Assembly (NCBI GenBank): GCA_951406725.2
Contig: OX597825.1
Coordinates: 65,100,001-65,164,000 of the forward strand
Length of the DNA stretch: 64,000 bases
Direction: 5' to 3'
Source: Octopus vulgaris
Taxonomy: Eukaryota
In this document: one piece after another, positions 41,522 to 56,530 of the stretch
How positions within the stretch are numbered: the stretch's first letter is position 1
Layout of the letters: each line of letters opens with the position of its first letter
The notes under the pieces: model-generated
The model's database searches: none
What the model was told of the DNA's origin: nothing
Seen by the model: the letters and a program-made list of their open reading frames with translations, nothing else
Made by a program: the position numbers and the translations under genes

Positions 41522-41572
<51 letters not shown>

Positions 41573-41616
41573 GTATATATATCGTTGCCTATATGTATAT
41601 ATACACATACATATTT

Positions 41617-41665
<49 letters not shown>

Positions 41666-41861
41666 TATACACAGGTAGATAGACAGACAGGACAGAGACA
41701 GACAGACAAACTAACAAACAGATAGCTAGATAGATAGATAGGTAGCTAGATGTTACACATACATATACATTAAACACATAACACACATAAAATATATATC
41801 AGCATACGAACACATTAGCCAATGTATGCGTGTTTGTATATACGTGCATTTAATTATATAA

Positions 41862-41906
<45 letters not shown>

Positions 41907-43290
41907 CACATATATGCATTTATGTGTGCGTGTATTTATTTGCGTATGCATGTATATAGATACACGCATACCTAGTAGAACATGCTCATAAATTCCAATC
42001 TAAATTAACATATCCATTAGGAGCAATCTCTGTGAAAACTATCAATGGATACAGTAAAATGTATTAACGCCACAGATATTCCTAGACTCAGATATTCCTA
42101 AGCTAAACAAGAAAAAAAAACGGACCTTTCTAAGAAGACATAAAAAGACCCATGTTATTTGAAGTAACGCTCTGTCTCTTCAGCAGAATAAATAGGTCTC
42201 CATTTTGAATAGATTTCCACTAAAAGATGAAAACCTTTGAAATGCAATTTCTTTGCCTTTACATAACGCTGAGAAAATATTTTAAAAAAAATTTACCATG
42301 CTTACTTATATACGCCTATTAGCCAGTCAAAACTCCTAATCTATGGTCGCCGTAGTTAAACTACCAAGCTATAACCTTTATCCTCTATCTTTCCTAGTCA
42401 ACAGCTAACCTGAAATTTTCCAACTTCTTCCCTATATGTTTCTGAAACACACGTCGCAATCTTCCTATACTCTATTTACTGGGAATGATCATATTCTTGA
42501 AATGTTGTGTCTGGTGGTATTGATGTGAACGACCATGCCGATTTATTTTTCGACTTTTTCTTATTTTGAACATGTGGCAGAAGAATTTTGTGGGTCATAA
42601 TCTTCAATATAAAATAATCAATTCACACGCTGTCTTTTTCAAAATTATGGCCACCCATCGCTTATGTTTAGTAATAAATTTTTATATTATGTTTATTAGG
42701 AGTATGAGCATATTGAAGCAAACCAATGTTGGTTCATATTAAATTCTCTACCGTAAACGTTTTAAAATTTACACTGTTATCTCTATGATACAAAATCAGT
42801 GTCCATATCCTCTCACGATTTAGAATTTCGAACACGTAGTAATCACCGTCGCAATGATGTGGCTTCGTGTACAGATCCGCAATGCACCAGACAATTTGAG
42901 GAAGTCTTTGCAAATTAAGTATACTCCAACTGAAAATGACTTATGAATGAAATTAGTTGAAGGAAATCGTGTGGAAGTTCGTCGAATACTTCACCATCAT
43001 CATCAAGTCGGGCGACTTGACCAGATTAATACGTTATACTTATCTTTTGATATATTCCACCACTGTAAAAGATAGTCATAGTTTTCTATCTGAAGTAGTT
43101 GAACCTGGGCGTTGACAAATTATTGACTTTTCAGTGTCAGATTCACGACTGACAGAACTCATATCCACCATGCTGCATCCCGCGATTTGGATGTCATGCT
43201 AGTTCAGGTGAATAAAGGTTATTAGGCCTTGCCACATGGAATGGAGCTGTTAATAAATTTATTATCAGAATAGACCTGAGAGCATATATA

Positions 43291-43522
43291 TATTTCTTTA
43301 CTGCCCACAAGGGGCTAAACGTAGAGGGGGCAAACAAGGACAGACAAACGGATTAAGTCGATTACATCGACCCCAGTGCGTAACTGGTACTTAATTTATC
43401 GACCCCGAAAGGATGAAAGGCAAAGTCGACCTCGGCGGAATTTGAACTCAGAACGTAACAGCAGACGAAATACGGCTACGCATTTCGCCCGGCGTGCTAA
43501 CGTTTCTGCCAGCTCGCCGCCT
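43291..43522 (-). mobile_element. SINE family B, young full-length monomer
   Basis: Minus strand AGGCGGCGAGCTGGCAGAAACGTTAG...GAGTTCAAATTCCGCCGAGGTCGACTTTGCCTTTCATCCTTTCGGGGTCGATAAATTAAGTACCAG...GCAGTAAAGAAATA. Confidence 0.85.
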
Positions 43523-44040
43523 ATATATGTATATATGCGCACACACATATATGTGCGTGTGTAATTGAAAAAATTGGAATCAACAAGGTGTACGGTTGGG
43601 CATTTATGTTTTAACATTACAATTTTCTCCATACAACGTAGTCCTCCAGGCCTGCAGTTAGTTGCTTATGCAACCGCTTCCCTGTATTATGAGGTCTAGT
43701 TGTGTTTCCTCAGATGATATGTAAATATTGTCTCTGTAAATATTGTCTGCATAATCAATTCCCTCACGCCTGGAGAACTACGTTGCGTGTCAACAATTGT
43801 AGTGATTCAGACAAATATGTGCAACCGTACTACTTCTTGTTGAATCTAATTTTTTCAATTATCTATTCACATACGACAGATGTCCAAACGCAAGCCTAGA
43901 GTACGAATAATACTACTACTGGATAGCACAGGCTACATCTGAAGGTGAACGAGATTTATACTGTACTTACTACGTTCTTAACAGAATATACCATAACTAT
44001 ACATATATATATAAATATGCATGTATATATATATATATAT

Positions 44041-44230
44041 ATTGTTATATTTCGGAATGGTCAGTTTGCCAGTTTAGCCAATAAAAACACACGCACTTTA
44101 CTTCAGTGTTATTTATTTTTTACATTAATCTTTATTGGCTAAACTGGCAAAATGACCATTCCGAAATATAACAATATCTGTTTCAACACACGACTTCACA
44201 TAAAAAATCTTGCACAACAAATATTTAAAC

Positions 44231-44232
<2 letters not shown>
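44041..44232 (-). mobile_element. Miniature inverted-pLTR copy of the 58.9-kb Penelope-like family
   Basis: 45-bp arms 44041-44085 and 44131-44175 plus a 57-bp tail, matching 58888-59050 and 60490-60535; inserted in (TA)n. Confidence 0.85.
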
Positions 44233-44287
<55 letters not shown>

Positions 44288-46868
44288 TGTTTGGAGAATC
44301 TGAAGAATGTACTAGATTGGATGCAAGCGCTAATATATGATTTATAAAAACATGTGAGATATTAATAAAAATCTGTAAATATAAAACCATCCATAATACT
44401 GAGTACCTTATTTCTTCTAATATATATAGATATATATATATGTATGTATGCATGTATATGTATATGTAGTATTTATAACTGCTTTGAAGGTATAAACAAC
44501 TGCTTCAGCATCTTATATATTATTCTGGGTGTGTGTGTGTATGTGTGTGTGTGTGTATGTGTGTATGTGTCCGCGCTTGCCCTTCTACCGTTTGCCAAGC
44601 AGTGTTGGCTTCTTTAGTTTCACATAACTAAGCAGTTAGGCAAAACGAGATCGAAAGAATAAATAACAGATCCAAAACAACTGGGGTTGATCTGATGGGC
44701 TATTCCAGTTTGGCGGCTGTGTTACAGTAACAGTAAAGCCAGTATAATGAGACCTCTATGCGTGACCTTACGTTTAAACCGCGGTGTCATCTCTTTAACT
44801 TTTGATAATCATCTCAATACTTTGGCAAATGTTCCTTTTACTCTGGAACTGAAAAGGAGAGAGAGAGAGAAGATGCTGATTTCTATGGGGTTTATTTAAA
44901 TACATTTACAACACATACTGAAGAATTCAGTGTCTGTTTGCTTAGGTTTAGTGAGATAATTAGGTTTAAGGGATGCTATTCATTCCTTGAGCATAGAAAA
45001 TTCTTACTTTATCTCTCTATACAAGTTAATACATTGATGTATATATGCACGTTAACATATATATATAAATGTATGTATGTATAAACCTTATATATATATA
45101 TATATATTATATGTGTGTGTACATATACATATATCTACATCTGTTTTATATATAATATTATGTGTGTCAATGTCTGTTTTTGTCTCAGATTCTGTGCGCG
45201 TATATATAGAGATAGATAGATACATACATACATACATACATAGAAATATATATACACACACACACACACATATGTATATATATAGCATATGTGTAGTTAT
45301 TGCATATGCATATGTGTCTAGATGTTAGGACGAGGTGCGGGTGTTTATTTGCGTGGGTGTTTATCAGTTAATATGTAATTAAGAGAAAATACCTTCACCA
45401 AGTTTAAATTAAATGCAATGTTTGTCAATTCTGTGAAATATTAGATTTTATTAGAAAATTATTCCTTAACACAAGAATTAGCTTTTGAAGACTTGTAACT
45501 AATTTGGGGCCATAATACGTCGCTGAATGAATATAATCTAATGATTTTTTTTTTCAGAAACCAAATGAAATACAAAAAGGCACATGTTTAACATTTCTTT
45601 TTTCATTCTTAATGTTCTGATGCTTATAAAATCTGACATTTTTTCAATGTTTGGAATACATAAACATCAAATTTCCACGGATCAAATGAAGAACTAAGAG
45701 AATTAGCAAGAAATTGGATTACGTTACATAAAGAAAAAGATATTCTTTGATTTTTCATTTTCCTTTCTGTTTTTTTCTTTTTACTCCAACATGATCAATA
45801 GATTTCATAGTATATTTTTGCTTGTATGTGTGTGTGTGTATTATCACCATTACATGTGTGCATGTAAAAGTGTGTACGCGAATTTCATGTACATGAAAAG
45901 AAGCAGAGAACCCATAATACAGTCACTAAATTAAGCTGTTATTTAATACAGTTAACGTTGTGCATAATGAACTTTCTACGATGAAAAAGAAATTTAAAAT
46001 TCAACTTGAAATTTCATGACTAAACAATGTTTGATTGTTGTACATAGCAAAACTAAAGTCGATTCTAGGGGAATGATATACATAAATATTTAATATTAAC
46101 ATATTTACACACGTTCGTTGTCTTCTCATTTATTGCAGTAATGGGAGCAGACATTGCTGTGTTGTTGAGAAATTTGATTCGCAATTAATCGGTGGCGCGT
46201 TCGATCACAATTCGTGATATCTTGAGCGAATATCTTGTTAGATTCGGGTGAACTAATTCGTTTAGTAGACAGAAAATGCACAAATATACAAAATCTATCG
46301 TTTGCCCATACTTCGTAACGATTCCGTTTTTCAGGTAATTTTCACGGTTTTAACACGCAGACACATACTCGCACAAACATACATTCATATATATATGAGC
46401 CAGGCATGGCTCGAGAAGGAACAGACAATAAAAGTTTAGTATCATTGTTTTTTTTTTATTCCTGCAAGAAGCCACATACCCTATATTAGGTTTTACAAAG
46501 TCCATCTCACATATCAAATTGTATTTCCTATTAGCAATGAAACACATGTAATGGTGAATAAATAATACCGACAAAATCTCGAATTTCCTGTTTTGTTACA
46601 CATATATACAAATACACACATATACATATACACGCACACACACATATTTATATATATATATATATATATCGTTTAGAGACTCATACGTTTACTCTGGAAA
46701 AATAATACGACGACGCCAAATGAAATTAAAGAACAGATAACATTTTCTTCTATGAAAATTCTCCTGAAATATCCTCTTCTTATCACACATACACACCCAG
46801 ACTCGCATATATTTATAGCAGGCTTGCCCACTCTACCCCGCTCATCCGTAAGGTAGCAATGTATATAA

Positions 46869-46937
<69 letters not shown>

Positions 46938-47112
46938 CTGTCTTGTTGCTTAATGTTTATCATGCATGAATGAATCTGTGTTGGAGAAAAAGAATTATAA
47001 CAACATAAACAACGAAGATTATTTATAGAATAGAAATCAAGCTGAATCTACGGTGGCCGTTAACTGTTTGCGAAAGACAACGATGAAGAGAGCAATAATT
47101 CAAAAGCACCCA

Positions 47113-47163
<51 letters not shown>

Positions 47164-47424
47164 CGATATATATATGTCTATAGGTGTGTGTGTGTGTGTT
47201 TGTGAGCGTATGTAGTGGCATTCTAGATATTATATATATTAGAGTCAATAAGATAGTTAGAGGTTTGAAATCAAAACCTCTGATCTGCTAAATCAATAAA
47301 TTATTCACATCAACGCTATTCATATACTAAATATATACACGTGCACAAATTTATGGGGTGAGTACATACTTAGAGCATGTACAGACGTGAAATATAATGC
47401 GTTCCTTTTCATTTCTCCCCCAAC

Positions 47425-47499
<75 letters not shown>

Positions 47500-47526
47500 A
47501 AAATATTTATCTATATCACACATATG

Positions 47527-47831
<305 letters not shown>

Positions 47832-47839
47832 TATTAAGA

Positions 47840-47871
<32 letters not shown>

Positions 47872-47890
47872 CATATATATACATATATAT

Positions 47891-48281
47891 AGGCGCAGGA
47901 GTGGCTGTGTGGTAAGTAGTTTGTTTACCAGTCACATGGTTCCGGGTTTAGTCCCACTGCGTGGCATCTTGGGCAAGTGTCTTCTGCTATAGCCGACCAA
48001 TGCATTGTGAGTGGATTTGGTAGACGGAAACTGAAAGAAGCCTGTCGTATATATGTATATATATGTATGTGTGTATATGTTTGTGTGTCTGTGTTTGTCC
48101 ACCCACCATCGCTTGACAACCGATGCTGGTGTGTTTACGTCCCCGTCACTTAGCGGTTCGGCAAAAGAGACCGATAGAATAAGTACTGGGCTTACAAAGA
48201 ATAAGTCCCGGGGTCGATTTGCTCGACTAAAGGTGGTGCTCCAGCATAGCTGCAGTCAAATGACTGAAACAAGTAAAAGAT
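47891..48281 (+). mobile_element. SINE family A, near full length
   Basis: AGGCGCAGGAGTGGCTGTGTGGTAAG...GGTTCCGGGTTTAGTCCC...CAGTCAAATGACTGAAACAAGTAAAAGA. Confidence 0.88.
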
Positions 48282-48504
48282 TATATACAGAGGCATAAAG
48301 AAAATAGCACTAGCTGGTATGCGGTGGGAGACGATGGAACACAATTTCACACAAATACACGTAGATTCATATACGTGTATATATATGTGCGTGCGTGTAT
48401 GTGTGTATGTCTGTTTGCTTCTTCGTTTGTCTACGTGGTTCTCGATGAGTCTGTGTGTGTATGTGTGTATCTCCGTGTGTGCGTGTGTGAGTTCGTGCGC
48501 GCGC

Positions 48505-48661
48505 ACCAGTCTTTTTTCACTTCCTGACTACCAAATCCATTCAAAACCCTGTGGTCTGCTCGAGGCTACAGTAGAAGATACTTGCCCAAGTGCCGCATGG
48601 TGGGACTTTACCCAAGGCCGTGGGGTTGGGAAGTATCTTTTTCAACCACACAGCCACACCT
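48505..48661 (-). mobile_element. SINE family A, 5' half, degenerate
   Basis: CTACCAAATCCATTC...GAGGCTACAGTAGAAGATACTTGCCCAAG...ACCACACAGCCAC. Confidence 0.7.
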
Positions 48662-49565
48662 ATAATATGTATGAAAGAATGTCTGCGAGACCAAACATCT
48701 GTTTAAAAGCCTTGGATTAAAAGTATGCCTATATATCATTGTATAACTGGCTGAAAATAGCTGTCACATTTTCTTCAAATCTTAATCTGTCATCTTGAAA
48801 TAGGAAGTATACGTATAAGAATATCGTGCAGGATAAAGTTCACTAGTAAAAATTCATGGGATAATATATGTCTTGAAGGATGTCTAATTGGTGCAAAACG
48901 ACGAAAATAACAGCTGCAAGCATTTACACCACTATCCAATAAATTTTGTTGCTATATAGGCCGTTCTTTCCGCGACAGTCTAGTTTGTTATCTCGCATTA
49001 TGTACCCACGTTACATAATGTTATTCGTCCTATTTTGAGAATAGTAGGATGTGATAAGAAATAGATTTGACTCTTACTTCTAGCAAGAAGATTCGTTAGG
49101 CTAATATTGATGTGACTGATAGTGTAGAAAAATACTGAAATATTTTAAAATAAAGGAAGTTAAGAATTAATAAAATAAATCAAGACTGTTATTGCCGTTT
49201 TATCTAAACTACGTAACAGACGAGATTAGAAATATTCTATTTTAAAAATAATTTATTCGCGTGAAAAAAGAAATGGAAAGGAAATAAGGATGCTATAGTC
49301 AAATTTAGAGATGTGGTTGTTGAGTGTTTGTTTGAGCGGAGATGATGGTGTTGAGAGTGGTGTTCTTGCTTTTGTTTCTGATGAGAATTGTTTTAGAGAT
49401 AAGACACTTCTTCGGGTGTACGTATCTTTCCGACACTTCTCAAATTCCGATAAATTTTGCATGCCCAGACAAGAATTACGGTGGAATTGTTTAATATGCA
49501 GCATATATTTTTGAGAGCTAAGACACTATCTTAAACGTAGAGTCATGACAGTGGCACAGACCCTG

Positions 49566-49596
<31 letters not shown>

Positions 49597-49608
49597 ACGC
49601 AGAAAATT

Positions 49609-49645
<37 letters not shown>

Positions 49646-49651
<6 letters not shown>

Positions 49652-50040
49652 ATGTTCTGTGATAGAAAATTCAACAAAAAATGTATTCTATCTGGTGAGA
49701 GATGAATATCATTTATTTAAAGGACAAAATACATAATTGCTACTAATAGTTTCATATGTTGAGAAATACTCAAACATATTCATCGAGCACAAACCACATA
49801 CCATAACAAACTAAAAAAAATGAATAAGAGAAGAAACGCGAAAAACCTGAGAAGGCAGAATGTAGAAAACGCAGAGGCAAAAAACGGAAGCTGAAAAACA
49901 GAAAACACAAACACAAAAACTAATATGTAAAATGTAAAATGGTAGAAGAGTTGTCCTCCTCAGACCTGAAATAAAAGGCTGGGGAGATATCACCCAGTTA
50001 ATCAGGAATTGGCGGGAATTTCAAATTCTTGATAATATAT
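49646..50040 (-). mobile_element. Penelope-type pLTR relic with degenerate hammerhead (49738-49789)
   Basis: Abuts (TA)n. Minus strand UGC-UCGAUGA-AUAUGUUUGAG-UAUUU-CUCAACAUAU-GAAAC-UAUUA-GUA-GCA. The right boundary is uncertain. Confidence 0.5.
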
Positions 50041-50099
50041 TTATACATATGCTTGCAACCGCTGAAAATTTCTGATCTAAACTAAATCATCTGTAAATA

Positions 50100-50608
50100 T
50101 ATTATATGGAGAAATGCGAGCAGGGAAAGTCATATTCTTAAGATTATAACCCTGGAAAAGTTCAGAACAATTTATTTCACCTGTAAAAGTATAGGACAAG
50201 CTATTACTTCTAGCAAAGTAAAGAATACAAAACATTTTTAATTAAAATATTGCAGCAAAGAATGCCGGTTCTTGTAATTTATCACTCTTTACTGTTTTCA
50301 TCTTTTAAATTTATTGTACAAAACTGTTCTGCTAATTTGTAAGTTTGTCTAATTAGTCACTTTTTTCTGTATTTAAGGTAGTAAATTAGCCAAATTTTAC
50401 TTAAATAAGTATAGTGTTATTTGTAAACTATAATAAAATAAGTTTTAATATTCAAATTTTAATTATAGCTGCAATATTTTAAGTTAAACGTTTATTGTTC
50501 TTTACTAGAAGTAATAGCTTGTCCTATACTTTTACATCTGTCCTATACTTTTCCAGGTTTATAACCTTAAGAATATTACTTCTCATGCTCACATTTTTTT
50601 ATATGTAA
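50100..50608. mobile_element. MITE / non-autonomous TIR element with long imperfect TIRs
   Basis: Left TATTCTTAAGATTATAA...TGTAAAAGTATAGGACAAGCTATTACTTCTAG...TTAAAATATTGCAGC is mirrored at right by GCTGCAATATTTTAA...CTAGAAGTAATAGCTTGTCCTATACTTTTACA...TTATAACCTTAAGAATA. Confidence 0.75.
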
Positions 50609-51956
50609 TCCATGATTTTTCCAGACATTGCTGTTATGAGATAATTGATAATGTTTCAATTAATAATTTAATATTTTACCTTATGAAATGCTGAAAGATA
50701 ATATTTCAATTTGTCTATGTAAGAGATGATAATATTAAATTTTTTATATGTTTAATTTAAATATATGTTGTGAAGGAATTATTTGATATTACCCATCCAC
50801 ACCAAATTATGGCAGGGATCTTTACCATGTTGGATGCACCATGGCTCATCAAAAATTACAAACATCAAGACCCCAAAACCATCAGTTACCAGGCTCACCT
50901 GAAGTAACCTAATTTCGTAATATTAGGAGGTCACAGGAATTAATTCAACGAAAAAAAGCCTAAGAAAAGTATACTTTTAATTTGAAATTAAAAAATTTAT
51001 GTTAATTGAAGGTGAATATCTGCCTTACTGCCCACTTCAGGTCTGAAATATTTTGATGTAACCTTTTTTCCTACTGAACCAAATCTCAAACTATTTATTC
51101 CAAAGTGTAGCTGAGGAGGTGTCCGCTTTAAAACTGCTAACAGTTTGCAATTTAGTTGAGAACTGAATTAGTGGTAAAGCTTGGAAGCTGCTGCGATAGA
51201 CGAAATGGTGGCCTTAACAATATATTTAACCACTATAGTGAGTGAGTGAGTGTGTGTGTGTGTGTACAGATATCTAGACTCGGGGATCCGAGCATACTTT
51301 GAAACATGAATTCGAATGAGTAAATCATCAAGTGCAGAGAATCGAATACGTAGACAATATTCCAATCTAAGTATTTGTTGTTTAAATCCAAGTTAGTTGT
51401 GTAGAAGCAGACCTTTTTGCCGCATTAAATTATATTTTTTTCATCGAAAAACATTATAGAAACGTTAATCTGTTATATAATGTAACAGACATCGACTTAA
51501 AAAACAATCACAATAAGTTTACCAATATATTGCATATTGATATTTTCCGAAATCCTTTGTTTTCTAAATATTGTTATTCCAGATTATTTATACATGAAAA
51601 TACTTATTAAATTTTTTCTCAATATTTATACATTTTAGTTTAGTTGCGTTGAAATAAAACTTCAGAGCAGTTTATCATCAAAATAAAATTTCACTCGGTC
51701 TACCCAGCGGCGAATGAGAGGCAATCGCCGCAAGGGAATGAATATAAAAGAACTCATAACATTGACGATACCAAAATTGATGAACGTACATATATTTATC
51801 TAGAACTGCAATGATAGTTTCGCTATAATTTGGGTCAAAACTCATCTGTAAAAAATTAAAATATATAGATGTATATAGATGTGTGTGTGTGTGTGTGTGT
51901 TTGTGTGTATACAAAAAGAGAGAATGACAGAGATGGATGGTGGATGGATGGATACC

Positions 51957-52325
51957 TGCAGGGGTGGCTGTGTGGTTGAGAAGTTTGCTTCCCGACTAAC
52001 TTCATAAGTTCAGTCCTACTGCGTGACACCTTGGGTGAGTGCAGTCCACTATAATCGTTGTGGGTGGTTTTGGTAGAGGAAACTGAAAGAAGCCTTTCAT
52101 ATATGTGTGATTCTTTTGTGTGTATGTGTGTATTTGCACCCACAACTGCTTGAGATACAGTGTTGATCTGTTTATGTACACGTAACGTAGTGGTTCAGCA
52201 GAAAAAGGCAATAGAATGAGTACTAGGGTACTAGGCTTTAGAAAAATAAATACTGGGCTTCATTTGTTCGACTAAGACTTTCAAAACAACGTTCACTGAT
52301 GGCCGCAATCCAATAACTGTAGCTA
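51957..52325 (+). mobile_element. SINE family A, old
   Basis: GTGGCTGTGTGGTTGAGAAG...GTTCAGTCCTACTGCGTGACACCTTGGG...GAAACTGAAAGAAGCC. Confidence 0.7.
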
Positions 52326-52372
<47 letters not shown>

Positions 52373-53349
52373 GTATTATATATATATATATAATATGTAT
52401 TTTATACACATATATATATATACTCACGTATGTATGTATGTATGAATGCACGTATGTACTACATTGTTCTTATCTTTTGTTGATATTCGTTTGTTTTCGT
52501 ATTTCCATTCCCATATTTACCGAAGAACAAACTAACTGCTCAGTAAATACTCTATATTTACAGAGTTTCGTCTTCAGAACATTCAAAATGGTAAAAGGAA
52601 TGAAATAACACAACGTTTATATATGTCTCTGAATAGAATATACGGTGCTGGGGAGCAGACCTAACGGTTAGGTGCAGTGTTCTAACAAGAAACTATCAGC
52701 GTAGTATATGGAATATTCCTGTGATATTTGTTTAAATAATAAATAAACGAAGTCTAGGGTTGTTAGAATAATCTAAATAGATCAACAAATATTTAAAGGA
52801 GAAAATTAAAAATACTTGAATGTCCGTGTAAGTAGATAAGGGTTCTTGGAGAAATAATCTGCTAAAGTGTAAGTCAATTTTCTTGTCATAAGTCAAATAT
52901 GTGTGAATAGTAATGCTTAGTTGTATAGCTAAAACGAAATCTATTGAAATTTATTGTAGCTTAATGTTTGATCTATATTCTCAGGAAATAACTATGTAAG
53001 TTTACTTGAGTTCAACAACGAAGGAAAAAAATTGAGATGTAATTTAATAAATAACTTTTATTGTGCCAAGAAATTACTTTCTAAGATTATAAGGAAACAA
53101 AAATAGAGGAAAATATAGCGAGATATATATAACTGAATGGAACACTAATAGATATTGTGTAATGGCAACGCAAAAGATAAATTATACATACGCACGCACA
53201 AACAGCCGGACACAAGGAGGCACATATATATATGTATGAGTGTATGCATTATCTTTCTATCTATCTATTTATGTATGTATCTATCTATCTATATATCTAT
53301 CTATCTATCTATCTGTCTGTCTGTCTGTCTGTCTGTCTATTTATCTATC

Positions 53350-53407
<58 letters not shown>

Positions 53408-53457
53408 TATATTATACGGTGTCTAATGTGGATATTTCATAGGGAAAAATAGACATT

Positions 53458-53570
53458 TTGTTGATGTTGTTGCTGCTGCTGCTGGTGTTGTTGTTGTTGT
53501 TATTGTTGTTGTTGTTGTTGTTGTTACTGCTGCTGTTGTTGTTGCTGTTGTTGTTATTGTTATTGTTGAT
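53458..53570. repeat. (TTG)n/(CTG)n trinucleotide tract
   Basis: Directly visible. Confidence 0.9.
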
Positions 53571-53571
53571 A

Positions 53572-53745
53572 ATAGGGCCACAAGCTGGCAGGATCGTCAG
53601 CAAGCCGGATAAAGTGATTAGCACCATTTAATCCGTCTTTTACGCTCTGACTTCTCAATCCCCTTTCAGGGTCCGTGGAATAAGTACCAGCTGAAGACAG
53701 GAGCAGATGTAATCGAGTGGATTCATTCCACCAAATATCAGGCTT
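53572..53745 (+). mobile_element. SINE family B, old and internally deleted
   Basis: AAGCTGGCAGGATCGTCAGCAAGCCGG...GTCTTTACGCTCTGAC...ATAAGTACCAG. Confidence 0.55.
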
Positions 53746-54255
53746 TACCGAATTCGGTAATCTAAAACCTGAGGCCAGCGAGACTTTAAATCGCATAGAG
53801 CCGAAAGTCGAACAGTTTTAAATAATACACACGCGCACGCCTGCATAGCAACACACACATGCAAAAGCACACACACATATATGTAAAACACATACGAAGT
53901 CTCGAAGGTGGAACTTCTTATTCTTGCTGCTGCACTAGTCCTTCAATCGTCACAGAGAATACAGTTTGGGCCTTATATAGATCCAGCACACTAACAGACA
54001 CGTGCACACACACACACTCACACACATACACACTTACTCTCAAATGTAGATACGTACTATACGCATGTAATATATATTTGTACTCATGTATATATATATA
54101 TATATATATATAAAGAGAGAGAGGCAGACAGATTGACAGAGACAGACAGACAGACAGACAGACAGATAGGTAGATAAACACGGACAGATAGGTAGATAAA
54201 CACGGACAGATAGATAGATATATAGACAGAAAGATAGGTAGATAGATATATAGAC

Positions 54256-54288
<33 letters not shown>

Positions 54289-54289
54289 T

Positions 54290-54378
<89 letters not shown>

Positions 54379-54875
54379 CGTGTGTGTGTGGGTGTGTGTC
54401 TGTTTGTATCAGAAGACGTAATGTTCATTCTGCAGAGAAACACCAACATATACAATTGAACAATGCTTTCTGGTTGTCTAAATTTAATAACATGAATTCA
54501 GTGTTTGAAGTGAATATATTTCGTTGCTATATGAAACACGAAAGTAATTTTAATAGAACCAAGAGCATTCTTTCCTCTCTGTATCCAATTTTCAATATAT
54601 TCTACATCTCAAGAGCCTTATAGAAGGATTCAATACAATTAATATAGGCATCCGCGCACACTCGTGCATATGTTCAATTGTGCAAGCATATACACTCATA
54701 TGATGTATATATATACATGAATGTACGTATATATAATTCTATCCCTATCTATATATACATGCACAAACCACATATGTTTTTATGTATATGTGCATATAAA
54801 CACATAAATATATCTGTGTATATACATAAGTGTATGTATATAGGCACATAAATATATCTGTGTATATATATATAA

Positions 54876-54912
<37 letters not shown>

Positions 54913-55101
54913 TAAATATATACATATGTATATCGATACGCCTATATATCTATACATGTATATAAACATACATGCGTATATATAAATAAATGTGTATTTA
55001 CATATATGTGCATATATACATACATGTGTATATTTAAATATATATGTATATATTTGCGTAGTACGATATGCATATATATATACATATATATACATACATG
55101 C

Positions 55102-55144
<43 letters not shown>

Positions 55145-55596
55145 GATGGATGTAGGGATGGACGGATGAATGCAAATTTATGAGGACAAATATGTAAGTA
55201 TTTATATGTAAAGAAATACGTATTTCCACCGTTCTAACTACATTCAGAAAATTTCATTAAAAATATAAGATATCTAAAGGTAAAATAAAACACCTATAAT
55301 TTATAAATATAAATAATCTGACAAACGGGAATCTAGTTTTTCAGTGAAGCCTCGACTCTGCATCCATAATTTACGAGTATATATTTTAATCTTATTTTAT
55401 GTTTCATTGTAATTATTTTTCTGCAAGCTCTGAACGAAATCCCACTTCTGCCATTATATTAAAATTCAAGCATTAAATGATCTTTTATATAATTCTGTGC
55501 ATATTAAACCCAGGCATATCCGCATGTCTGTGTATGTGTATGTGTATTTCCATGTAGAATTGGGTGTGTAATTGTATATATGTATACACACAGACA

Positions 55597-55652
<56 letters not shown>

Positions 55653-56530
55653 CATAAGAATATATATGCATATATATATGTATTCACACATATATATGTA
55701 TACATGTATTCACGCACGCACCTACATTTGTGCATATATTCGTATATTTATATGTAAATAGGTATATATATGCATATGTATGCATACATATACATATAAA
55801 TACGTGTGCGTGTGCGTGTGCGTGTGTGTATACGTGTGGCTGCGTGTATAAATTCATATACGTTGTCCACACACAAACAATGTATACGAATAATGTTTAC
55901 GAATACATGTATATTTACGACATATATATGCATGTATATGCACGTGTATATATGAATGTAATTTTAATTATGTATGTATGCCAATATGTATATACGTATT
56001 TAAGCCGTACATGCACATACTTACAGATCCCCATATTCTGCCAACTCAAGTTGCTGGAAGGTAAATTCACAAGCTGGTTTCGAAAAAAAAACAAACATAT
56101 ATAACAGAAAAACTTATATGATAAAGAAATAACGAGTACTTAGTAACAAAGTGAGATTGAAATATAGTAACGAACCGAATAAAATATGCAAATAAATATG
56201 TATATGTACCTATGAATGTATGCATACATATATATATATATATATATATAAGGGCACACATATATGTATATATGTGTGTGTCTATGTGGATATATGTATA
56301 CATATGAGTGTTTATCTGTTACGTATATATGCAAACGTCATTTTAACGAATAAATATATGCATAAATGTATTCAATAAATAATAGAATCATGGGAATAAT
56401 GAATAAAAGTTCAGAGATATAGTGGAAAACTGGAAAATTTTAAAACAGGAATAAAATGGGAAATGCATTTATTTTCGTTGTTGTTTTTGTCGTTGTTGAT
56501 GATGATGAGGCTGATATACTAATTATAATA

